In this document: positions 19,476 to 28,702 of the stretch, one piece after another
How the letters are laid out: the number at the start of each line of letters is the position of its first letter
Numbering within the stretch: position 1 is the first letter of the stretch
Sequence record: SRR31156797_3432
Reading direction: 5' to 3' (one strand)
DNA: 64,000 nt
Translations under genes and position numbers: made by a program
Notes under the pieces: model-generated
Told to the model about the DNA's origin: nothing
Database searches by the model: none
Seen by the model: only the letters and a program-made list of their open reading frames with translations

Positions 19476-19636
19476 ACATATCCTCCGATATAATACTAAA
19501 AAGATTAATTTCGTGTAAATATAACTGATTAAACCACACTATTCAACTCTAAATTTTTATAACTTCTATTACAGGATAAAATATATGACTAAAAGTGTGC
19601 TAAATCTAAATATGTCAAAAAAAATAAAGAAAAAGC

Positions 19637-19666
19637 TTGACAATACCCCCTAAAAGATTTAATAAT
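19637..19666 (+). promoter_or_regulatory. Sigma-70 promoter of tRNA-Gln/proBA
   Basis: Perfect TTGACA at 19637, A-rich UP-like tract upstream, TAATAAT -10 region at 17-18 bp spacing. Confidence 0.65.
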
Positions 19667-19680
19667 TTCGTCTGTTTTGC

Positions 19681-19756
19681 AGGGGTATAGCCAAATTGGC
19701 AAGGCAGCTGGTTTTGATCCAGTGTACTGCAGGTTCGAGTCCTGCTACCCCTGCCA
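19681..19756 (+). tRNA. tRNA-Gln (anticodon TTG)
   Basis: Cloverleaf: acceptor AGGGGTA/TACCCCT, anticodon arm GCTGG-TTTTGAT-CCAGT, T arm GCAGG-TTCGAGT-CCTGC, discriminator G, encoded CCA. Confidence 0.96.
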
Positions 19757-19796
19757 TTTTTTTATCCACTTATCTGCATCACGCAGGGTCAACATA

Positions 19797-20951
19797 ATGC
19801 GAAAACTACCTAAAATTGAAACACTTGTCGTAAAAGTAGGAAGCAACATATTAACCAATCCGGAGAAGGGTGTTAATCTCGATTTTCTATCTGGTTTGGT
19901 GCGAACTCTTTGCGATGTTAAAAAAGACATTCCAAATATTGTAATAGTATCATCAGGTTCTGTCGGAGCAGGATTCAAGCTTTTGGGTTTTGATAAGCGT
20001 CCTCAGAATATCACAGATAAGCAGGCTTGCGCCGCTGTCGGGCAGTCCAGGCTTATATGGGAATACGACCGTGAGTTTGAAAAGCACGGGGTTACTCCTG
20101 CGCAGATTTTACTTACAAAAGATGATCTTTCTAACAGAAGAAGATACCTTAATGCCAGATATACACTTCGTCGCTTATTCGAATTCGGCGTGGTTCCCAT
20201 TATAAACGAAAATGACTCTGTAGTTATCGAAGAGCTTAAGCTTATCGAAAACTTCAGCGACAACGACAATCTATCAGCTCTCGTGAGTGGTTTAATTGGT
20301 GCTGACATGCTCCTTATTCTTTCGGATGTTGAGGGGCTGTACGATAAAAATCCGTCAAATTTTGACGATGCTGTTCGTATTCCAGAGGTTAAGTATATTA
20401 ATGAAGACCTTCTTGATGCCGCTGGCGATTCTGTTTCCGGTGTTGGCACAGGCGGGATGAAGTCTAAGCTAGAAGCCGCTGATAAGGCTCTTGATGCGGG
20501 CTGCTATGTAGGTATTATAAACGGTGGCGACCTTGAAAATATCACTAAGTTTTTAAATGGTGATGATGTAGGTACATTTTTCAGCCATATAGAAGACCCG
20601 CTCAACAGGCGCAAACACTGGATAGCCTATGCTGCCGGAGTGTGCGGTGAGCTTCATGTTGATAAAGGTGCGGTTAATGCTCTCCTGAAAAAGAAAACTT
20701 CTCTTCTCCCTAGTGGAGTTACCGAAGTTAAAGGTACTTTCGGTATGGGAGATGTTGTTGTTGTTTTCGGGCCGGACGGAAAAGAAGTGGCGAGAGGGAA
20801 ATCCCGCTATACATCAGAGGATGCGGACAGAATAAAAGGTAAAAAATCCTCTGACATATCTGCAATTTTAGGGTATAAGTTTACTGACGAGATTATTCAC
20901 AGGGATGACCTCGTTGTAACATTTAACTCTGGAGTGTGCGAAAATGCTTGA
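19797..20951 (+). CDS. proB: Glutamate 5-kinase with PUA domain
   Basis: VVKVGS, VSSGSV, AAVGQ, NEND, DND, GTGGM; ATG 19797 after the tRNA. Confidence 0.96.
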   Translation: MRKLPKIETLVVKVGSNILTNPEKGVNLDFLSGLVRTLCDVKKDIPNIVIVSSGSVGAGFKLLGFDKRPQNITDKQACAAVGQSRLIWEYDREFEKHGVTPAQILLTKDDLSNRRRYLNARYTLRRLFEFGVVPIINENDSVVIEELKLIENFSDNDNLSALVSGLIGADMLLILSDVEGLYDKNPSNFDDAVRIPEVKYINEDLLDAAGDSVSGVGTGGMKSKLEAADKALDAGCYVGIINGGDLENITKFLNGDDVGTFFSHIEDPLNRRKHWIAYAAGVCGELHVDKGAVNALLKKKTSLLPSGVTEVKGTFGMGDVVVVFGPDGKEVARGKSRYTSEDADRIKGKKSSDISAILGYKFTDEIIHRDDLVVTFNSGVCENA

Positions 20952-22179
20952 GAATATGTTCAAAGCCGCTAAAGAAGCATCATATGTTCTTATGAACAGT
21001 AACACAGATGTGAAAGATAAGGCACTTATGTCTATAGCTGAAAAGCTTGATGACAATAGAGATGCTATAAAAGAGATAAATAAAAAAGACTTGGATTACG
21101 CCAAAGAGGCTGGTCTTTCGTCCGCTATGATAGATAGACTTGAGCTGAATGATGCACGTATTGACGGTATGATTCAGGCTGTTAACGACATCAAAGGGCA
21201 GGTTGATCCTGTTGGTAAGGTTGTTGACGGTTTCAAACGCCCGAACGGACTTTATATCACTAAGGTGAAAGTTCCTATCGGTGTTGTGGGGATCATTTTT
21301 GAGTCGAGACCAAACGTAACCATTGATGCGGCGGCACTCTGCCTTAAATCCGGTAACGTCTCTGTACTCAGGGGCGGGAAAGAGGCTGTTCACTCAAACA
21401 CTTTCCTCGGGAAACTTATGAAAGAGGCTGTGGCTGAGGCTGGTCTGCCGGAAGCTTGTGTAAATATTATCGAAGATACCGACAGAGAGATAGTGATGGA
21501 GATGCTTAAGGCGAAGGACGACATCGACCTTATGGTTCCCCGTGGTGGCAAAGGGCTCATCGAGTTCTGTACTGAGCATTCACTCATCCCGCTTGTTAAG
21601 CATGACGACGGTATCTGTCACGTATATATAGACGAATTTGCCAATATGGACATGGCGGAAGCAATCGCTGTTAATTCTAAATGTCAGCGTGTAGGTGTCT
21701 GCAACACTATGGAGACACTCCTTATACATCAGTCAGTTGCGAAAGAGGCCCTCGAAAGGCTTGAGAAGTCGCTTGGTGAGTATAATGTAGAGATCAGGGG
21801 CTGTGAGAGAACGGCTGAGATCATCGTTTGCAAAGATGCTACAGAAGAGGACTGGTCAACAGAATATCTCGATTATATCCTCTCAATAAAGATAGTTTCA
21901 GATATAGGCGAAGCAATTGCACATATTAATAAGTACGGTTCTATGCACTCAGAGAGCATAGTTACCGAGAACTATACAAACAGCGAAACATTTCTGAATA
22001 TGGTGGATGCAGCGGCGGTTTACGTTAATGCTTCGACCAGGTGGACAGACGGAGGAGAGTTCGGCATGGGTGCTGAGATAGGCATCAGTACGCAGAAACT
22101 CCACTGTAGAGGACCTATGGGTGCTGACGATCTTACCACTACAAAATTCAGAATTTACGGACAGGGGCAGATTAAATAG
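20944..22179 (+). CDS. proA: Gamma-glutamyl phosphate reductase
   Basis: IFESRPNVT, LRGGKEA, VCNTMETLL, GAEIGISTQKLH. Confidence 0.97.
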   Translation: MLENMFKAAKEASYVLMNSNTDVKDKALMSIAEKLDDNRDAIKEINKKDLDYAKEAGLSSAMIDRLELNDARIDGMIQAVNDIKGQVDPVGKVVDGFKRPNGLYITKVKVPIGVVGIIFESRPNVTIDAAALCLKSGNVSVLRGGKEAVHSNTFLGKLMKEAVAEAGLPEACVNIIEDTDREIVMEMLKAKDDIDLMVPRGGKGLIEFCTEHSLIPLVKHDDGICHVYIDEFANMDMAEAIAVNSKCQRVGVCNTMETLLIHQSVAKEALERLEKSLGEYNVEIRGCERTAEIIVCKDATEEDWSTEYLDYILSIKIVSDIGEAIAHINKYGSMHSESIVTENYTNSETFLNMVDAAAVYVNASTRWTDGGEFGMGAEIGISTQKLHCRGPMGADDLTTTKFRIYGQGQIK

Positions 22180-22180
22180 C

Positions 22181-22819
22181 GTGAAAGTTGGTCTGTTCGG
22201 GGGTACATTTAACCCTATCCATATAGGACATCTCGCTCTGGCTGAGAATGTCACAGAGAGCCTTAATCTCGACAGGATGTTCCTTATTCCGTCTAAGATA
22301 CCGCCACATAAAAAAGGCAATATTATCGAACCGGAGAAGCGCCTTGAGATGGTTTCTATGGTTGCTGATATGCTCGGTGATAAGTTTTATGTGTCTGATT
22401 ATGAAGTGAATACTGATGGTATTTCCTATACTCATAAGACTCTTATACATTTCAGAGAGATGTTTCCTGATGACGAGCTTTTCTTCGCATGCGGGACAGA
22501 CATCTTTGAGAGTATTTCTAAATGGCACGAATATGAAGATCTTTTCAACTATGCAAACTTTGTAGTTGTCAGCCGTTCTATGGTATCATTTGGAAAGATG
22601 CTTGAAGCTTTGCCTGATTGGATGCATGATATGGTGATAAGAGAAGATCAGTATAATGGAGAGAAATTTGGTAAGGTCATACTTTACGAGATGCCGCCGG
22701 TTGATATCTCCAGCACTGAGATAAGAGACGTTTTAGAAGCTAGCTACCGTAAGGCGAACCTGCCTGAGGTGGTTTACGAATATATATCCGAAAAAGGACT
22801 TTACAGGGGAAATGAATGA
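22181..22819 (+). CDS. nadD: Nicotinate-nucleotide adenylyltransferase
   Basis: GGTFNPIHIGH, PPHK, ISSTEIR; GTG start. Confidence 0.95.
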   Translation: MKVGLFGGTFNPIHIGHLALAENVTESLNLDRMFLIPSKIPPHKKGNIIEPEKRLEMVSMVADMLGDKFYVSDYEVNTDGISYTHKTLIHFREMFPDDELFFACGTDIFESISKWHEYEDLFNYANFVVVSRSMVSFGKMLEALPDWMHDMVIREDQYNGEKFGKVILYEMPPVDISSTEIRDVLEASYRKANLPEVVYEYISEKGLYRGNE

Positions 22820-23163
22820 AAGACCGCGAAACGCTTGATGCTATCGTAAATGAACTATTAGAGAGAAAAACAGAAGATATTACAGCTTTTTATGTTGCTC
22901 CTGTGAGTAGTGTTGCTGACTATATCGTTATAGGTACAGCTACATCAGAGCCGCATGCGAATGCTATATCTGAATATATACTGGAAACCCTTAAAGCGAA
23001 GGAGATAAGACCTTTCGCTGTAGAAGGAAAGGGGAGCTCTCGCTGGGTTTGCCTCGATTTTGGCGAAGTAATGGTTCATATCATGTGCAAGCAGGAACGT
23101 GAGTATTACAACCTTGAGGCTATTTGGGGCGGATGCGAGAAAATAGAGATACAGGAACAGTAG
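22816..23163 (+). CDS. rsfS: Ribosome silencing factor RsfS (Iojap)
   Basis: ADYIVIGT, EGKGSSRWVCLDFG, REYYNLEAIW; follows nadD. Confidence 0.93.
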   Translation: MKDRETLDAIVNELLERKTEDITAFYVAPVSSVADYIVIGTATSEPHANAISEYILETLKAKEIRPFAVEGKGSSRWVCLDFGEVMVHIMCKQEREYYNLEAIWGGCEKIEIQEQ

Positions 23164-23426
23164 TAACTGTTCGGCAGGACATTGTTCAGCTTATAAAGGA
23201 CAACCCCTCAACTGCAAAAGATATTTCGAAGGCTGTCAGCCAGCAGGAGAGAGATGTCTATCGCCACCTTGAGCATATAGCTAAGAGTAATGGCAAATCG
23301 TTTAAGGTGATACTGCCTGAGTGCAGAAAGTGCGGTTTTGTCTTCAGCAAAAAATTCGGCAAACCTTCGAAATGTCCGGAGTGTCAGTCCACATGGATTA
23401 ACGAACCGGAGTATTACCTAAAATAA
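23133..23426 (+). CDS. HTH plus Zn-ribbon predicted regulator (COG3357-like)
   Basis: DVYRHLEHIAKS, CRKCGFVF...PSKCPECQS; start codon uncertain. Confidence 0.7.
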   Translation: MRENRDTGTVVTVRQDIVQLIKDNPSTAKDISKAVSQQERDVYRHLEHIAKSNGKSFKVILPECRKCGFVFSKKFGKPSKCPECQSTWINEPEYYLK

Positions 23427-23546
23427 CAGTGCCTCTTTTGCTCCCTGAGTTTAGAAATTCATCAATTAAAATGCTTATGTACAAACCAGTACACTCCGCT
23501 TTTTTCTTGATTTTTTCTTTCTTAGAAACCAAAATATCTCACTGTT
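23425..23546. repeat. Family B palindromic element, copy 1
   Basis: Terminal inverted repeat AACAGTG/CACTGTT; core AAAATGCTTATGTAC-N6-GTACACTCCGCTTTT shared with 36331-36454. Confidence 0.65.
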
Positions 23547-23564
23547 TATCGGATAGATTAGATT

Positions 23565-24074
23565 ATGCTAAATATAGTTTTATACGAACCTGAGATACCT
23601 CAGAATACTGGAAATATAGGACGTTTTTGCGTCGGCACAGAGAGCAGGCTTATCCTTGTAGGTAAGCTCGGCTTTTCACTCGATGATAAGTATGTCAAAA
23701 GGGCGGGGCTTGACTACTGGCACAGGGTTGACCTTGTGAGAATACCGAGCCTTGAAGCTTTTTTCGAAGAATATCCTGTAGAGAAACACCCGTACGCCTT
23801 CATGTCTAAATTTGCTTCGAAAGTTTATACTGAGATCCCCCATGAGGATGATAACCTTATGCTCATCTTCGGGCGGGAGACATCCGGTATGCCGGAATCG
23901 ATAGAAAAAAATTATCCTGATAATTTATATAGAATCCCCGCCACAGGCAAAGTTAGAAGCTTTAATCTGTCTAACTCTGTTGCTCTGGTCAGCTTCGACA
24001 TAATCCGCAGACGTGGTTTCCCCGGGCTTGATACAGAGTGGAAGGGTGAAAAAACTGGAGAGACATATGCTTAG
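23565..24074 (+). CDS. trmL: tRNA (cytidine34-2'-O)-methyltransferase
   Basis: PEIPQNTGNI, KRAGLDYW, FGRETSG, RSFNLSN. Confidence 0.93.
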   Translation: MLNIVLYEPEIPQNTGNIGRFCVGTESRLILVGKLGFSLDDKYVKRAGLDYWHRVDLVRIPSLEAFFEEYPVEKHPYAFMSKFASKVYTEIPHEDDNLMLIFGRETSGMPESIEKNYPDNLYRIPATGKVRSFNLSNSVALVSFDIIRRRGFPGLDTEWKGEKTGETYA

Positions 24075-24852
24075 TATCGGTCAGATAGATTACGCTAACG
24101 TTTATCCGATTTTCCATCAGCTCCAAAAGCTGGACAGATATAAACTCGTAAAAGGTGTTCCGTCATTTCTAAACTCAGCTATCCGTGAGGGTGGTATAGA
24201 TGCAGGTTTTTGCAGCTGCATAGAGTATGCGAGAAATCCTGAGAAATATTACGTTATTCCTAACATATCAATAAGCTGCCTTGATAAGGTTAAAAGCGTT
24301 ATGCTCTTTTCAGATAAGCCTATCGATCAGCTTGAAGGTACGGAGATATATCTAACAGGGGAGTCGGGCACATCTATTATTCTTTTTGAAATTCTTATGC
24401 GTGAGAAATACGGGATAAACCCTACATTCACAAGGGATAGCGAAAGCGCACCAGCTTGTGTTCTAATCGGTGATAAAGCTCTTTTCGGAACATATAACGG
24501 CGAGTGGGAATATGTTTACGACCTCTGTTCTCTGTGGGAGGAATTTACTGGTCTCCCGTTTGTATTTGCTCTATGGATTGTCCGCAAGGATACGGTCGAT
24601 GCGAAGCGTGATGAAGTTGCGGAGTTTGTGAGCACACTTGAGGCGATAAAGAAAGACAGCAAGAAAAACCTTGCCGCTCTCCTTGACCACTATACCCTTC
24701 GGGGGCTATCTTCATATCAGATAATAGACTATTGGGAGACGATAAATTATGATTTGTCTGACAATCATATACAAGGTCTTTTAAAGTATTTCAGCTTGGC
24801 GAAAAAGATAGGAAGAATTAAAAAAGTCCCTGCACTTGAATTTTTTGTTTAA
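24067..24852 (+). CDS. mqnA: Chorismate dehydratase (futalosine menaquinone pathway)
   Basis: IGQIDYANVYP, VKSV, LIGDKAL, GLPFVFALW. Confidence 0.88.
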   Translation: MLSIGQIDYANVYPIFHQLQKLDRYKLVKGVPSFLNSAIREGGIDAGFCSCIEYARNPEKYYVIPNISISCLDKVKSVMLFSDKPIDQLEGTEIYLTGESGTSIILFEILMREKYGINPTFTRDSESAPACVLIGDKALFGTYNGEWEYVYDLCSLWEEFTGLPFVFALWIVRKDTVDAKRDEVAEFVSTLEAIKKDSKKNLAALLDHYTLRGLSSYQIIDYWETINYDLSDNHIQGLLKYFSLAKKIGRIKKVPALEFFV

Positions 24853-24918
24853 ATAACTGTCTTGTTTTATAAAATGCGCTGTAGTATCTTTCCGTATGCA
24901 GTTTAAGGGGTCTTTTTA

Positions 24919-25536
24919 ATGCGTGTGAAAACTGATAGCTTTTATTATGTCGTTATTGCTATTTTTGCGATTGTGTCCTTCACATTTTTTGACATTCCAG
25001 TTATCTCTCTCTTTAAGCCTTTGAAAGATACTCCTACATATGACTTTTTTAAAATAGTAACAAACCTTGGTCGGGCAGAGTATCAGATTGTCCCTGGCTT
25101 GCTAGTCTATGCTATATTTCGTAAGCGTAACCCTCTTATCGGTAAAATAGGTCTGGCTGTGGCTTTATCATCAGCACTCGCCGGCTTGTCTGCGGATGTT
25201 GTAAAGTTCATCGCCGGGCGTTATCGCCCTAATATGCTTTTTGATGAAGGGCTTTACGGCTTTACTTTTTTTAAGTGGAAATATTCATACATATCATTCC
25301 CTTCCGGGCATTCCGCTACAGCTTTCGGGGCTATGGGAGTTCTGGCGTTGGTTTTTAGGAGATACTGGCTCTTTTTCATAGGTGTGGGCTCGCTGGTTGC
25401 TTTCAGCAGAATAGCTACTCTTCACCATTACGCCAGTGATGTACTCGTTGGTTCAGCCATAGGTATGGCTTCCAGCATTTTTATTGTGAATAAGATGAAA
25501 TTATATCAGGCGGTAAATCGTGAAAAAGATATTTGA
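24919..25536 (+). CDS. PAP2-family phosphatase (LpxE/undecaprenyl-PP phosphatase-like)
   Basis: KFIAGRYRP, SFPSGH, SRIATLHHYASD. Confidence 0.9.
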   Translation: MRVKTDSFYYVVIAIFAIVSFTFFDIPVISLFKPLKDTPTYDFFKIVTNLGRAEYQIVPGLLVYAIFRKRNPLIGKIGLAVALSSALAGLSADVVKFIAGRYRPNMLFDEGLYGFTFFKWKYSYISFPSGHSATAFGAMGVLALVFRRYWLFFIGVGSLVAFSRIATLHHYASDVLVGSAIGMASSIFIVNKMKLYQAVNREKDI

Positions 25537-27097
25537 TTATCCTAAGCTTCTGTTTGCTGTGGTTGTTGCCATGCAGACTGCTTTTCTTATAAATTCGAGA
25601 GCTCTCTGGTTCTCAGATGAGATACGCTATGCGAATGCATATTCTAACCTTGTAAATTTTGGCAAGTGGGTGGTTTTATACCTGAACGGTACGCCATATC
25701 CTGATAAGCCGCCGGTTTACTTCTGGCTGGTTTATATTGTTCAGTCTTTAAGCAGGCTGGATATACCATCAGCGATGTACCTGACGTCTGCTATCACGGG
25801 CTTTATGTACCTTTTAGCGCACTATTATTTCTCTATGACGGTTACTAATGATAAGAAGCTCTCTGTGGTCTCAGGTCTTATCCTTCTGACTAACTTTTAC
25901 TTTATCGGGCTTATGAATTACGTCAGGATGGATCTGCTTTTTTGTGTTTTCATAATTTTCAGCTTCACTTTAATGTATAAATTCCTTGAGGAAGGTAAGG
26001 CTAGATATGTTTATTTAGCTTATCTGGTGGCGGCTTTTGGTGCTTTAACTAAAGGTCCGATCGCACTGATATTCCCGTTCCTTTTTTACATAGTCGCTGC
26101 TGTGGCGATGGGCAAATACAAAAAACTTTTAAACATTCATTTTTACTTAGGAGTATTCGTTACCCTCATACCTGTTGCCGGATGGATATTAGCAATATAT
26201 GTGAATGAAGGTTACGATTTCCTTTATCATCTACTCTACACTCAGATCTATAAAAGAGCAGTGCACACATGGCATCACGCTGAACCGTTTTACTATTACG
26301 CATACACCTTGCCTCTCGCCTGGCTCCCTTGGGTTCTGATATTTTTCACTTCTGGTTTCGGAAATCTGAAAAGTATGACCAAGGAGTTTTTAAGCTCTGG
26401 AAACGGGCAGAAGTTTGTGATTATTTCAATAATTACCGGATTCCTTTTCCTGTCAATGCTCAGTGGAAAGATCACAATATATGCGCTCCCTATCTATTCT
26501 CCGATAGCTATTTATATCGGCTATTTATACATAAATAGTGACAGACGGGTCATTTTCTGGCGTTCAGTTTCAGTTTTAATGCTTGTTCTCGCAGGTGTTT
26601 TCTATTTTGTAAACGACATACCTGAAGTACCTGTGAAGCTTGATGGCAATGTTGCTTCAGCTTTTGCTGCTTTGGCATTATCTATTTTTACATGGTTTAT
26701 CGCCAAAGGTGACAAGGTTAAAGCACTGGCTAGCTTTGTTGTTGCTATGGCTATATTCTTTAACGTTTTTGGTCTGACTATGGCGAAGAGTGTTGACCAT
26801 GTTATGAGTCCGAAAGAGCAGGGCACACTCATGAGTAAGTACATACTCGACGGCTATAAACCTGTTGCCTATAGAGTTTATTCAGGGCTATACAGTTACT
26901 ATGCAGATGCAGATATTTTAGAGATTTCAGGACCTAACTATCCCACTTTAACAAAAGTGGTTACTGAGAATGATAAAGTAGTTTTAGGTATAGCAGAGAA
27001 GTATTGGAAAAGATGGGAAAACAGACCTGAGAACCTTCAGATTATAAATCGTCAATGGATCGCCGGCCGTGAGTATTTTCTTGTATTAAATCGTTAA
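25520..27097 (+). CDS. ArnT/GT83-like membrane glycosyltransferase
   Basis: DEIRYA, YPDKPP, RMD, LTKGP, HAEPFYYY. Confidence 0.85.
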   Translation: MKKIFDYPKLLFAVVVAMQTAFLINSRALWFSDEIRYANAYSNLVNFGKWVVLYLNGTPYPDKPPVYFWLVYIVQSLSRLDIPSAMYLTSAITGFMYLLAHYYFSMTVTNDKKLSVVSGLILLTNFYFIGLMNYVRMDLLFCVFIIFSFTLMYKFLEEGKARYVYLAYLVAAFGALTKGPIALIFPFLFYIVAAVAMGKYKKLLNIHFYLGVFVTLIPVAGWILAIYVNEGYDFLYHLLYTQIYKRAVHTWHHAEPFYYYAYTLPLAWLPWVLIFFTSGFGNLKSMTKEFLSSGNGQKFVIISIITGFLFLSMLSGKITIYALPIYSPIAIYIGYLYINSDRRVIFWRSVSVLMLVLAGVFYFVNDIPEVPVKLDGNVASAFAALALSIFTWFIAKGDKVKALASFVVAMAIFFNVFGLTMAKSVDHVMSPKEQGTLMSKYILDGYKPVAYRVYSGLYSYYADADILEISGPNYPTLTKVVTENDKVVLGIAEKYWKRWENRPENLQIINRQWIAGREYFLVLNR

Positions 27098-27273
27098 TCA
27101 TTTGTGCTTTTAGAGTTTTACGACTCGTTATGCTCGCCTGATTTAGACTATTGCAACTGATAGCATATGGTTTTTAAATTAGGTGGGGCACGGAATGTTT
27201 CCCCTCAACAAGGAGGATGTAACATAGAGTGCCCCAATAGTGTGGTCTATTTAAATGTATTTAACAGCTAATC

Positions 27274-28533
27274 TTAGAAAAAGTTGTAAGCTTTCTCTCC
27301 GTGCTGGTTAAGGTCAGTACCTTCTGTCTCTTCCTCAGGTGTAATTCTAACACCTATAACAGCCTTGATAGCGTATGCGATTATCAGAGTAACTATGAAA
27401 GAGTAGAATCCGCATGCAAGGGCATCAACTACCTGTACCCATACCTGATAAGCATTTCCGGCTATAAGCCCTTTTGCACCCACTGTAGCGAAAACACCAG
27501 TTGCAATAGCTCCGAAGAAACCACCGAGACCGTGTATTCCGAATACGTCGAGGGAGTCGTCAAGCTTGAACTTAAATTTAAGTGATATACCCCAGTAACA
27601 TATTGCTCCTGTGCATCCACCTATTATTAATGCAGCCCAAGGCTCTACGAAACCGGCAGCAGGAGTAATACCCACAAGACCAGCCACTATACCGGAAGCG
27701 ATACCTAGTGCACTTGGCTTGTTGAATGCCATTTCAAGGAGCATCCATATAAGCCCGCCTGCGGCAGCCGCTATCATAGTGTTTACAAAAGCGAGAGCAG
27801 CTATCTTATCAGCCGCAAGAGCTGAACCAGCATTGAACCCGAACCAGCCAAACCAGAGGATCCCTGCACCGAGTACAGTGTAAGTAACGTTGTGCGGAAT
27901 AATCTTAGCAGACATAAAGTCCTTTCTGTTGCCGAGCACAATAGCTATAGCAAGAGCCGCCATACCGGAGGAGAAGTGTACAACTGTACCGCCGGCAAAG
28001 TCGAGTGAGCCCATTTTGCTCAGCCAGCCGCCGCCCCATACCCAGTAAGCGATCGGAGAATATACAAGTATTATCCATAAAGGCATGAAAATTATCCATG
28101 CGCTGAATTTCATACGTTCAACAACCGCACCGCTTATAAGCGCAACTGTTATAATTGCGAACATCCCCTGAAACATGGCGAAAACGCCAAGAGGGATAGT
28201 TCCGGACATAGCGTCCATAAAGTCACCTTTAAGCATGAAATACTGCATGCTTCCGAAAAAGAGTGAGTCTGACTCACCAAAAGCGATAGTAAAACCTGCA
28301 ACAGCCCATGTGACACCTGCTACGCAGAGAGCCGAAAAGCTGTAAAGAAAAGTAGAAAGTGTACTCTTAGCCCTTACCATACCGCCATAGAAAAGAGCGA
28401 GTCCTGGCAGCATCAGAAGCACCATAGCGGATGAAACGAGTATCCATGTTGTATCCCCTGAGCTCAATTCATCAGCAAAGGCTGGTGATGCAGCTAAAAT
28501 AATAAGTAGCACGTAAAATAATCTTGTCATCAT
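27274..28533 (-). CDS. amtB: Ammonium transporter AmtB
   Basis: PGLALFYGG, FQGMFA, DFAGGTVVH, WFGWFGFN, DDSLDVFGIHG; start at 28533 or 28530. Confidence 0.97.
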   Translation of the reverse strand: MMTRLFYVLLIILAASPAFADELSSGDTTWILVSSAMVLLMLPGLALFYGGMVRAKSTLSTFLYSFSALCVAGVTWAVAGFTIAFGESDSLFFGSMQYFMLKGDFMDAMSGTIPLGVFAMFQGMFAIITVALISGAVVERMKFSAWIIFMPLWIILVYSPIAYWVWGGGWLSKMGSLDFAGGTVVHFSSGMAALAIAIVLGNRKDFMSAKIIPHNVTYTVLGAGILWFGWFGFNAGSALAADKIAALAFVNTMIAAAAGGLIWMLLEMAFNKPSALGIASGIVAGLVGITPAAGFVEPWAALIIGGCTGAICYWGISLKFKFKLDDSLDVFGIHGLGGFFGAIATGVFATVGAKGLIAGNAYQVWVQVVDALACGFYSFIVTLIIAYAIKAVIGVRITPEEETEGTDLNQHGEKAYNFF

Positions 28534-28568
28534 TGTCACCCCAAGTTTTCATGTTCAATGTTGATGTA

Positions 28569-28584
28569 TGCAAAGAGTGTGCCA
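28569..28584 (-). promoter_or_regulatory. Sigma-54 (-24/-12) promoter of amtB
   Basis: Minus strand TGGCAC-ACTCT-TTGCA, an exact TGGCAC-N5-TTGC match about 35 bp upstream of amtB. Confidence 0.88.
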
Positions 28585-28635
28585 AAACAAGTAATTAAGA
28601 TTTTAAGTAGTTACAGAACTTTTATGTATATATGT

Positions 28636-28702
28636 TGGTCAAATATACGGCATCTAATGATTATTTTTTAATCAGAGGTTCGCTTTGCATAAATATGTAG
28701 CA
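28636..28702. promoter_or_regulatory. Putative NtrC-type upstream activator sites, three 17-mers
   Basis: TGGTCAAATATACGGCA (28636-52), TGATTATTTTTTAATCA (28658-74), TGCATAAATATGTAGCA (28686-702), all TG-N13-CA, upstream of the sigma-54 site. Confidence 0.55.

Noticed and set aside
19581..19605. IscR type-1-like operator upstream of the Rrf2 gene
   Set aside because: Only one half-site (ATATATGACT) matches in a very AT-rich region; too weak to call.
19677..19796. 40-aa N-terminal extension of ProB in the ORF track
   Set aside because: It reads through the tRNA-Gln gene; ProB similarity starts at ATG 19797.
19735..19800. tRNA 3' end as an integration site for an island or prophage
   Set aside because: I saw no duplicate of the tRNA 3' end and no integrase; proB follows after 40 bp.
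27210..27222. Plus-strand AGGAGG-ATG-TAA start-stop mini-ORF
   Set aside because: No spacing between the SD and ATG; better explained as one arm of the hairpin.
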